Part shown: in pieces, positions 17,539 through 27,000 of the stretch
How positions within the stretch are numbered: position 1 is the stretch's first letter
Layout: every line of letters starts with the position of its first letter
Source of the DNA: an uncultured Gammaproteobacteria bacterium
Lineage (GTDB): Bacteria; Patescibacteriota; Microgenomatia; JALYQM01
Assembly (NCBI GenBank): GCA_964403585.1
Contig: CAYOFQ010000001.1
Location: 398,456-441,363, forward strand
Reading direction: 5' to 3'
Length of the DNA stretch: 42,908 nt
Translations under genes and position numbers: made by a program
Notes under the pieces: generated by a model
Told to the model about the DNA's origin: nothing
Seen by the model: the letters and a program-made list of their open reading frames with translations, nothing else
Database searches by the model: none

Positions 17539-18147
17539 TAATAAATGCTTAGTAATATTCCCTGAATAGATAGTCATTGCTGTGGCAATATTTATCATAT
17601 GTTCAACTGAGATAATTTGCACATTACAAGCACCTTCAACAGTCATAGTTGAAACTGGTACAACCTCATCGAATAGCGGCCTCACTGTTAAAATATTTTG
17701 TCTTGCATCGTAATCCAGAGACTTTTCAGCTTCTTCAAGCATATACAGTGACTCCATAAACGCTGGGTGCTTTTCGGCAACATGTTCCAATGGTGGATAA
17801 GCGACCCCTCCAGTTCTCAGCCTTCCACAAACATTAACAACTTTATGTAAATCATTCTGCCTTTGTGTAAAAGCATTTATCACAGCGCTTCCTCCCGCAC
17901 TTGTTCCAATAAGCGAAACTCTTCTACCCTCTTTTGTTAACGAATCAATTCTCGTTAAAAACCTTTCTAATTTAGGCTGAAAAGTTTGCTCATTACCTGA
18001 CCAGGGCATAACATGCGGTTGAAGGTTTATACCATATTTTTGTGCCCAATCCCTCGCCATCCATTCGAGCCAATTGGTCCTATCTCCCAGGCCTGGAACA
18101 ATTAAAACTTCATGATCAATTTTTGATGATTCCTTTGAAGGTACCAT
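17527..18147 (-). CDS. alpha/beta-fold serine hydrolase
   Basis: Nucleophile elbow GTSAGGS (GxSxG) in a 206-aa ORF, with an LIVPGLGD N-terminal strand. The substrate is unknown. Confidence 0.6.
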   Translation of the reverse strand: MVPSKESSKIDHEVLIVPGLGDRTNWLEWMARDWAQKYGINLQPHVMPWSGNEQTFQPKLERFLTRIDSLTKEGRRVSLIGTSAGGSAVINAFTQRQNDLHKVVNVCGRLRTGGVAYPPLEHVAEKHPAFMESLYMLEEAEKSLDYDARQNILTVRPLFDEVVPVSTMTVEGACNVQIISVEHMINIATAMTIYSGNITKHLLSEG

Positions 18148-18149
18148 AA

Positions 18150-19118
18150 CTACTTCCAGATTGAATTAGTATACTGTAAACCACGCCTACCTAAATCAAG
18201 CCATAATTCATTTTCGCTTGAACTATTGCCCATTACTTTCTTTTGATGATTTGGCAAAACAATATGCATAGCATGCGCAACCTTTGTATACAGTGGCAAG
18301 GCAGCTAATTCAGCATCCATTAACTTAATCAATTTCTGATATTCCTTTAAACATTCTTCATATAGATATGGAAAGTTTGAAGGATCTTTTTCATTGAAAA
18401 AAAGGTCACATAATAAAACTGCCAATTCCTGAATTCTTGGATAAACATTTGAGACTGAGAAATCAATAATGTAAATTTGTCCGTTTTCAGCCCTTATAAC
18501 GTTAGTCTTAATAATATCTCCATGAACAAAAGTCTTTGGTAATTCTTCTAAATTAAGTTTGCTAAACTGATCAGCTAGTGGGGCAACCATTTCATAGTCA
18601 TCTGGGTCTAAGTATGATTTCTTGCTCTCAAATTCACTCAAAAAGTTTGTACATGCCCAATCGTCATAAATAGGTGTCGGTTTTATATTTAATTGATTAA
18701 TCATTGCTGCCTGCCTTGTTATAAACATTAATTCTTCAAAAGTAGGTTGCTCATTTAAAGAATAAAAACTTGAACCTTGAATAAATTGCAGAACACATAA
18801 TCTAACACTTGCTTCATTTAAGGTGATTTCATGCAGCGCTTCATCATCGGAAGTAAAAACCCTAGGATGAGCAATACCTGCTTCCATTACATTTTGCATT
18901 ACATCTACATATCTTTGACAATCTTCTGGGGTTCTAAACGTGTTAAAGGCTTTAACCAAATATTTGCCAGTATTGGTGTCTAGGACTATATTTAGATCCT
19001 CATAACCTATAGGGATTATAGAGTGTGACTGATATTCACCTAAATCGTAATCTTTAGTTACTTGGTGTAATAGCGGAGGTAATTCGCCATGATAATCAAT
19101 TCTTTCTTGGAAGTTCAT
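18150..19118 (-). CDS. aminoglycoside-phosphotransferase (APH)/choline-kinase-family small-molecule kinase
   Basis: Catalytic loop FVHGDIIKTNVI (HxDxxxxN) and IIDFS (DFG-like). Length 322 aa. Confidence 0.75.
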   Translation of the reverse strand: MNFQERIDYHGELPPLLHQVTKDYDLGEYQSHSIIPIGYEDLNIVLDTNTGKYLVKAFNTFRTPEDCQRYVDVMQNVMEAGIAHPRVFTSDDEALHEITLNEASVRLCVLQFIQGSSFYSLNEQPTFEELMFITRQAAMINQLNIKPTPIYDDWACTNFLSEFESKKSYLDPDDYEMVAPLADQFSKLNLEELPKTFVHGDIIKTNVIRAENGQIYIIDFSVSNVYPRIQELAVLLCDLFFNEKDPSNFPYLYEECLKEYQKLIKLMDAELAALPLYTKVAHAMHIVLPNHQKKVMGNSSSENELWLDLGRRGLQYTNSIWK

Positions 19119-19198
19119 AATATATGAATTATATCCTATTTACCTTCACTTATCTTATAGGGTTTGATATACTTCACTTCATATTTATCCTATAAAAT

Positions 19199-21796
19199 AT
19201 GTTGAATACTCTGGATTTATCGAATTTGTTTCCATCTTATTTAAATATCGAAACCTTAACCCTTGTCCTCACATCTCTCATAGTATATTTACTATTCACC
19301 TTAGTTTTAAAATCAATTAGCTTAAGACTATATTTTGCAAAGCAATATATTTTCCTTGAAATCAAACCAACTGACCGAACTTTAAAGACAGCATTTACTA
19401 CAACTCAATTATTTATAATGCTTCATTCATTAGAGACACCATATTCTTGGTGGGAGAAGTTTATACAGATCAGGAAAAATATTAGTTACGAACTAGTATC
19501 AACAAAGAACGAAGGGATACGATTTATTCTACGTGTACCTAAGGAAAACTCTTCCAGTATTAGAAAAGCCTTATTAGCTTATTTACCAGGAATTGAGATA
19601 AAAGAGGTTAATGATTACCTTCCCAACACGACAGATACTTCCTCAGTCATACGAGAGTTCACTTTAAGTAATTTATTTGTCTATCCGTTATCGAAACAAG
19701 AAACATTGAATCAATATGACCCACTTGCGTACTTAACCGCCCATATGACTAAGTTGCAGGTAAATGACCTCATAATGTTACAGTTCACTAGCATTCCAAT
19801 ACACGAAAGCACACATGCGAGCAAAGCAGATTATATTAATTCCTTAAAAAAGAAATTATTAAATAATGAAGATATTTCTGATTTATTAGTAAGAAGCAGC
19901 TTCAGAAGAGTGATAGATCTTATCGCTAGCTCAATCTTATTTATCGTACTTACTCCAATAACTTTAGTTTCATGGCTGTTCACTAATACAAAAGACCCTT
20001 TTCCCTCTTGGGTGTTTGAAAGTGTGAACAAGAGAACTCAAAAAGATTTAGGAGAAGTCAAACGTGAGTTATACGAAAATATTGGAGATAAACTTAGTCA
20101 GCCACTTTTTGAAAGTAGAGTTAGTGTTTTCATTAGCATTTCCAACAAGGAAAATGCAATTGAACGTTTGCAAGGGATCAAATCCTCCTTTGACACTTTT
20201 TCTTCATCACACCAATCCCTCAAATTAAAAACTTCAATTTCCAATATTCTAAAAAGCAATTTACTCAAGAACTTAGATTATTTCTTTTTGAAAAAGAGAT
20301 TTTCATTTTTTGAAAGTAATACAATTCTGTCGGCTACAGAATTATCGTCTTTATTTCACCTTCCCTACACCAGCACAACTAAAACCGAAGACTTACTTCA
20401 GGTTAAAAGTCCTAAATTACCAGCTCCCATTTCTCTAAAGAAATCTGATTTAGAGCTTGATATTACGTTTGCTCATAATACTTATGGCGAAACAACTACC
20501 CCGATTGGGTTAACTCTAGAGGAGAGGAGACGTCACGCTTATATTATTGGTGCTACTGGTACAGGAAAGACTACACTCCTATTACAAATGATTAATCAAG
20601 ATATAAAAAAAGGTAATGGGATTGCAGTAATTGATCCTCATGGTGATTTGGCCGAAAGATTGCTTGAAGTTATTCCTAAAGAACGAATCAAAGATGTTGT
20701 TTACTTTAATCCTTATGATGTTGAGTTTCCAATTGGGCTAAATGTTCTGGAAATACCAGAAGGATTATCTAATGTCGAACTACAACGGGAAAAAGACTTT
20801 ATAACCTCAACACTAATATCAATATTCCACAAGCTCTATGATGCCAGATATTCGGGACCAAGAATGGAACATATATTGAGAAATGTTATTTTAACTGCTC
20901 TTGAACAAGAAAAACCAACACTTTTCACTATCTACAATTTGCTAACTAATACCAAATATAGAAAAGATGTAACAAGTCTATTGAACGATGAAATTTTAAA
21001 GACTTTTTGGAAGAATGAGTTCGAGAAGCTTGGTTCATTCCAAAAAGCTGAACAAATATCTCCCATTACAAATAAACTAGGAAGATTCTTAACTACCGGA
21101 ATGACGAGAAATATCCTTAACCAGACTGAGAGTAAACTTGATTTTGAAGATATTATGAATGGTCGAAAAATTCTTATATGTAACTTATCTAAAGGTAAAA
21201 TTGGAGAAGATACAGCTTATTTCTTGGGTGGACTTCTAACTGCCAAGATACAACTTACTGCATTACGCCGAGTACATGTGCCAGAAAAAAAGAGAACGGA
21301 CTTTTTCCTATACATAGACGAGTTTCAAAATTTTGCCACAATGTCTTTTGCTCAAATACTCTCAGAAGCTAGAAAATATAGGTTGAGTGTTATCCTAGCT
21401 CATCAGAATACTGTACAGATAGAGAATGATCTTCTAGAAACAATTATTGGTAATAGCGGTACTCTTATTTGTTTTAGAACAACGAGCCCGAAAGATGAAG
21501 ATAAACTATTACCTGTTTTTTTACCCGAAGTAGAAAAAGGTCAAATGGCTAATATCCCTTCCTACAATTTTTACATGAAGATAAATGCTATCCAGCCTCA
21601 ATCTACTTTTAGTGGAGAAATAGAAAATTTCGTTATACCTTCAAATGAAGAAGTGAGAAGAGAAGTAATTAAACACTCACAAACAAAGTATGGTCAAACG
21701 CCAAAACCTCTACATGCAAAAAATAAAACTTCCACTGAAAAAGTTATCACAAAAATTGATAATACAGCAAATTTATTTGAGCAAATAAGACCCTAA
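19199..21796 (+). CDS. type IV secretion coupling protein (VirD4/TraG/TraD-like ATPase)
   Basis: N-terminal TM segments, Walker A IIGATGTGKTTLL, DPHGDL, Walker B FFLYIDEFQNF and ILAHQN. Confidence 0.8.
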   Translation: MLNTLDLSNLFPSYLNIETLTLVLTSLIVYLLFTLVLKSISLRLYFAKQYIFLEIKPTDRTLKTAFTTTQLFIMLHSLETPYSWWEKFIQIRKNISYELVSTKNEGIRFILRVPKENSSSIRKALLAYLPGIEIKEVNDYLPNTTDTSSVIREFTLSNLFVYPLSKQETLNQYDPLAYLTAHMTKLQVNDLIMLQFTSIPIHESTHASKADYINSLKKKLLNNEDISDLLVRSSFRRVIDLIASSILFIVLTPITLVSWLFTNTKDPFPSWVFESVNKRTQKDLGEVKRELYENIGDKLSQPLFESRVSVFISISNKENAIERLQGIKSSFDTFSSSHQSLKLKTSISNILKSNLLKNLDYFFLKKRFSFFESNTILSATELSSLFHLPYTSTTKTEDLLQVKSPKLPAPISLKKSDLELDITFAHNTYGETTTPIGLTLEERRRHAYIIGATGTGKTTLLLQMINQDIKKGNGIAVIDPHGDLAERLLEVIPKERIKDVVYFNPYDVEFPIGLNVLEIPEGLSNVELQREKDFITSTLISIFHKLYDARYSGPRMEHILRNVILTALEQEKPTLFTIYNLLTNTKYRKDVTSLLNDEILKTFWKNEFEKLGSFQKAEQISPITNKLGRFLTTGMTRNILNQTESKLDFEDIMNGRKILICNLSKGKIGEDTAYFLGGLLTAKIQLTALRRVHVPEKKRTDFFLYIDEFQNFATMSFAQILSEARKYRLSVILAHQNTVQIENDLLETIIGNSGTLICFRTTSPKDEDKLLPVFLPEVEKGQMANIPSYNFYMKINAIQPQSTFSGEIENFVIPSNEEVRREVIKHSQTKYGQTPKPLHAKNKTSTEKVITKIDNTANLFEQIRP

Positions 21797-21841
21797 CCGA
21801 CTAGGGTAATAACTTGATAAATTAGATTGAAATAAAGGCAT

Positions 21842-21883
21842 TTCTTATTTAGAATATAGTCTCTATATTCTTATAAATAAGAA
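21842..21883. repeat. imperfect 42-bp inverted repeat (candidate oriT or operator)
   Basis: TTCTTATTTA-GAATATAG-tct-CTATATTC-tta-TAAATAAGAA. It lies between the coupling-protein stop and the relaxase-like gene, and no T-tract follows. Confidence 0.4.
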
Positions 21884-21940
21884 GAAAACTTATTTCCTCC
21901 ATAAGTTAAACGACAGGGAGGATATAGGTGGGTATAAAAT

Positions 21941-22643
21941 ATGATACTACCTACTATTACTAATAAACAGAAAGAAATACTCTTACTATTATATAGATTC
22001 AGATTCCTCAATCGCATCCAGATACAAAAGCTTCTCAAAAATAAAGACTACAAAAATATAAATGTATGGTTAAAGGATCTGACGGATAAAAATTACACTA
22101 AACGGATCTTTGAGAAGAAAGCAGGTATAAATCAGTCAGCTATATATTTTATTTCTAAAAATGGAATTAAGTTTTTTCGCTCGCATCCGGGATGCGAGGG
22201 AGAATATCTCAAGAAGTTATCTCAAGAAGTTATCTCAGGAGGGTAGAAGATCAGAAGTATTCATAAAGCAATGTATCTTAATTGCAGATATATACCTAAA
22301 GCTTCTAAATGAAAATGACCCTTCATTCAAATTCTATACACAGACCGACTTTCCAGTTAAGGGACTTATAAGGGATTTACTGCCAAGCTTTGCATTCATA
22401 AAACAAAAAAACACGAAAATCGAGCACTATACGTGCGAGATTTTAAAAGAAGGAATGCCACGATATGCTATTCGCGCCAGGATTCAAAAATATATAGAGT
22501 TCTTTGAAAGAAGTGATTCGAGAACTTATTTATATTTCTACTGTCCTAATCAGAAAATATTAGACTACACAAGAAAATATTCAGAAAACGCCGCAAACGA
22601 ACAGCAAGATCTGGAATTTTCATTTATCTTACTATCAGCCTAA
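21941..22643 (+). pseudogene. replication-relaxation (Replic_Relax)-family protein, frameshifted by a 13-bp tandem duplication
   Basis: The N-terminus KQKEILLLLYRFRFLNRIQIQKLL is a typical wHTH of this family. ORFs 21941-22246 and 22161-22643 join into one roughly 229-aa frame if one 13-bp copy is removed. Confidence 0.65.
22205..22237. repeat. perfect tandem duplication of TATCTCAAGAAGT (2 copies plus a 7-nt partial third)
   Basis: 22205-22217 equals 22218-22230, and 22231-22237 repeats the first 7 nt. The period of 13 is not a multiple of 3. Confidence 0.9.
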
Positions 22644-22678
22644 TCTTAAATAATAGCTTATAATGTAGTGAATTTATC

Positions 22679-24079
22679 ATGATCAGCAAAGATGAGATCA
22701 ATAAAAAATCAGAAGAGTTTGAAATAAATCATGCAAACGTTGAAAGAGACTATGTATTTGGCTGGGTTATAGCGGGTTTATTTACAGTAAGTAACTTGAA
22801 AGATGTTATTTTTCTAAAAGGTGGGAATGCTCTACGCAAAGGATATTTTGAAAATACTAGATTCTCTTCTGATCTCGATTTTGGAATTCCAGATGATATA
22901 ACTCAAGAATCTCTTCTGAATGAAATAAATAGCATTTGTGAGCATATAACCAAAAAAGCAGGAGTCGAATTTATTATTGAGGACAACAAAGTTGAAGAAA
23001 AGTTTTCAGCAACTGATACACCTATTCCTGGACTTAAAGTCTACGAAGCTAGAGTATATTTCAAAGACTTTTATGGGAACTCTGATCATATAAGAATTAA
23101 AATATCGATGGATATCACTCGTTTTGATAAAGTTTTATTACCTATCCAAACAAGACAACTAATACATCCATATTCAGATTATGCTGACGTAACATGCGAA
23201 ATAAGATGCATGAAGCTGGAAGAAATAATTGCAACAAAACTTAAGTGTCTTTTACAACGGCAACATGCACCAGACCTGTTTGATTACGCATATTCAATTA
23301 ATACTCTAGGTGGGGAACTGAACAAAGAAGAGGTTGTTAGAACTTTAGTACAGAAAACTATTTTCGAGAGAAATCCACATGTATTAAAGAAAATACTATT
23401 AAAAACATCCTTTGATTATTTTAAGGAATATTGGACGAAAACTCTTATATGTGCTCAACAATTCATGATGGGGGTTGATGATGCAATAAATATTTTTTTA
23501 TCAGACTTGGAAGCTCTATTTAATATCTTTCCTGATGATGGATATGCTGAGTTTGCATATTTTGGACCTGAACTAAGAATGCCTATTATGCATGCAGCAA
23601 GAACTCAAACCCTATTAAAAATACAATATAACGGATCTGAAAGACTTATTGAGCCTTATTCTCTTAAATATCTTCAACGTAGAGATGGCAAGGAACGTGA
23701 ATATTTTTATGGCTATAACCGTACCGGTGGTTCTAGTCCTCCTGGAATAAGATGTTTCGTATCAGAAAACGTAGAAAGTATAGAAAATACAGAAGAGAAA
23801 TTCGATATTAGAGAAGGATATGCAATTGAATTATCAAAGTCGGGTGAATTACCAGAAAACAAATACCTCTTTGATCCTAACAAGCCAGTACACCCTCCAA
23901 CTCGAAGAAGAGTAAGAGCATGGCGTTCTTCATCTTCAATTAAATATGTATATCAGTGTTCTTATTGTGGAAAGAAATTTTATAAAACAACTCAGGCTAG
24001 TAGACTAAACCCTCATAAAGACAAATATGGTTATCCGTGCAGTGGAAGAACTGGGTATTATGTAACTACAAAATATTAA
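22679..24079 (+). CDS. AbiEii/AbiGii-type nucleotidyltransferase fused to a WYL-like domain and a C-terminal zinc ribbon/finger
   Basis: AbiEii signatures are ERDYVFGWVIAGL, FLKGGNALRKGYF, RFSSDLDF and LEEIIATKLKCLLQR. The C-terminal extension carries KIQYNGSERLIEPYSLKY..EYFYGYN..IRCFVSENVESIE (WYL-like) and CSYCGKKF..H..PCSG. Confidence 0.7.
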   Translation: MISKDEINKKSEEFEINHANVERDYVFGWVIAGLFTVSNLKDVIFLKGGNALRKGYFENTRFSSDLDFGIPDDITQESLLNEINSICEHITKKAGVEFIIEDNKVEEKFSATDTPIPGLKVYEARVYFKDFYGNSDHIRIKISMDITRFDKVLLPIQTRQLIHPYSDYADVTCEIRCMKLEEIIATKLKCLLQRQHAPDLFDYAYSINTLGGELNKEEVVRTLVQKTIFERNPHVLKKILLKTSFDYFKEYWTKTLICAQQFMMGVDDAINIFLSDLEALFNIFPDDGYAEFAYFGPELRMPIMHAARTQTLLKIQYNGSERLIEPYSLKYLQRRDGKEREYFYGYNRTGGSSPPGIRCFVSENVESIENTEEKFDIREGYAIELSKSGELPENKYLFDPNKPVHPPTRRRVRAWRSSSSIKYVYQCSYCGKKFYKTTQASRLNPHKDKYGYPCSGRTGYYVTTKY

Positions 24080-24082
24080 ATC

Positions 24083-27000
24083 CTACTTTCTTCTTCGAAT
24101 TAGTAGGATAACAAGTATTGTAGTAATAACAGCAAATATTCCAATACTCCAAAGGTATATTGGAGAATAAAATACATTTTGGGGTTTAATCTTAATCTCA
24201 AGAGAAAACTCTCTAACGTCTCCAGTTAGATTAAGGGCTTGCTCTCCTTCATAACCATTGTAAGCAATAATTACTCGATGATCACCTTTCTCTACGTTAT
24301 TAAATATTGCATATCCATCTTTATCACTTGTAGTTTCTTGTACTCTTGAGTGCATAGTTACTTTTGCTCCTTCGACTGGATTACCTTGTTCATCAATCAC
24401 TCTTACTTTTACTGTATAGCCTTCAGTATCGACTATTTCTTCCATTGCTTCCTTATCTACATTTTCAGAAGTTGTCGTTGGATCATTCGTTGAATTTATA
24501 CCACTACTATCTAAATCGTCCTGAGTGAGTGGAGTAGATTCTAAAGTTGAACTTGTAAATTCTAAATTGTTATAAGAAAAAGCTGATTTAGTTGTCGCTT
24601 TCATCTCATTAGACCAATCTCCCGGTTTGCACCCATTACCACCTCTCACTTTAAAGTAATAAGTAGTATTTGGCTTCAGCTCCTTCACCAAATAAGTCAT
24701 TCTGCTTTCAGACTTTATTCCTAGATTGTCTGCCCCATAGATATACTCACCCGATTTAGTACCATATTTGATAGCATATCTATCTACAGGATCAGCTGCC
24801 TCTGTAAAGTATAAGAGAATTGAGTTTGAATTCTGAGCTATAGCTCCGTATAACCAAGGTGGTTGAATTCCAACATCATCATGACATTCATTATCATCTT
24901 TATCGTCATCATCATTTGAGCTAGACGAGTTAGGGGCTATAGTGAACGCATCTGAAGCATAATTTCCACTACTTGTAGTGTTTCCATTTGAATCTGTCGC
25001 ACGAACAAAAATTGTATGAGAAGTTCTAGATGACTCGGGTGGAGTACATGAAAATGTTTCAGACGCTTCATCAAAACTACCATCATCGGCAATGCAGCTA
25101 CTCCAGCTTCCGCTTGTACTATCTATCTGATATTCAACTGAAACTACCGTACCTACAGTATCCGTTGCAGTTCCAGTAATTGTAGGGGTATTATCTGTTG
25201 TAGGATCAGGGGAAATAGGATTTAGAGTTATAGAAGGTGAGGTAACATCTTTTTCCACTTCAAAATTAACAGTGGAATAACCTCCAGTATAAGTAAAAGA
25301 TATTTCTCCACTCGAATTAGAAGTACAATACCCTCCTGAGCAACTTCCACCTGTTACATTTTGGCCTAAAACGTTATTTACTTTTACTGAATACTGACGA
25401 TTAGGTTGGAGATCCCCAACGGTATGTACCGTAGAGGCAGATCCTATTGATGAAGACTCTTCGGACCATACCTTTTTATATGTTCCTGATGTATCCCAAG
25501 TAGTTATAGTAATGTCCATCCATTCTGAATAATCTCCTGCTCCAAACCCGCCAGACGGTGTTACTGTTAAATCAGCCGTAGTTCCAGAGACAGTTTGAGT
25601 ATTTCTAAATTTGCCATCTTCATATACTCTTACATCTCCATTAATATCGATTTCGTCCGTTCCCATTGTATATGGAGGTTGGTATTCATAGGCTCCAATA
25701 TCTGGAGTACCATAAATTGGATTTCCAATATAATCAACGGTTAATCCTACGTCCGTACCGGAATCAATAGCTGGGGAGAGATAAGTGAGTTGAAAATCAG
25801 TTGGAACTGAATAAGATCCCGAACCATTTGTAAACAATGGATCGTTATTTATTGAGTTGGCCTCATTTGATGAGTGATAAGTTGTCCACGATACATCATT
25901 AACTGCATCAGTACTGAAAAACTTATTATTATCCAGTGGCTTATATAAATTATAGTCAAGTGTTGTGTATGCTGGCTGGGTATCTAGTAACTCGCGCGGT
26001 TTGCCTCCTCCAAAAATTCCGTTATTGACAACAAAGCTTCCACCATTTGTTTTTCTATAATAGACATTGCTTCTTACTGATGGAGTTGATACTGTATTTC
26101 CTCTGAAAGTATCGCCAGATGCATATCCGTTTCGCCAGGTAACACCATTATAAAAGGCATTATTTGAACCATCGCTTACATCACCCGATCCTTGATTGTA
26201 GTTACCAATAGATACACAATAGTAGCACTTTATATCGTTAGCCAAATCGTGTGGTAAAAATCCACCACCATCCGTTACAGTATTAAGAGTCCCATTATAA
26301 GAAGCTTCACTGTATCGATAAGTTATATCATAAGATGACTCTCTGGCGAGAAACCCAATACCTAAGTTGTTATTAGCTGTACAGTTATTGTGTTCAATAT
26401 CATTAGAAGTATCCTCCTGTACAAATCCATTAATTGAATTGTTATTTGCTGTGCACCTGTTAAATGTAATATTATGAGATGTGCCACTTACCTGAAAAGC
26501 TCCATAGCTAGTGGCATTAGAGACATCGGTGTCATTTACAGTGATATCTGAAGAATCTGTAAAAAGGACACCTGCCGTTCCAGATGAAATTGAAACGTCC
26601 TCAATAATTCCTGTCGTAACCGTATTTAAAGTTATTCCTCCTGCGTGGGGTGAATCAGTGATTGTAACATCCGATCCAGTAGACACTGTAAACGCAGCTA
26701 GCCAGCTTGTGTTTGTTAATGTTAGGTCTGTCGCATTATTTACTTGTATTCCCGGGTTAAGTGTAGAGTTTTGAATAGTTACATTGCTATTACTGGAACC
26801 AGTAAGATGAATAGCATTTCTGGCTGGTGTTCCACTTGTAAGCGTCACCGAATCAAAAGTCACATTACTCAAAATACTGCTAGACCACATAACGTATCCA
26901 TATCCACCCATATTGCTAGTGATGTTCTTAAATTGAAGGTTAGATCCAGCTCTAATAATTGTTCCTATATTTGTCGAAGCCGAGGTACCAGTATAATTAA

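Noticed and set aside
22161-22643. Treating 22161-22643 as an independent gene
   Set aside because: It shares the duplicated LKKLSQE segment with the upstream ORF and is restored to one frame by deleting one 13-bp repeat. It has no separate start context.
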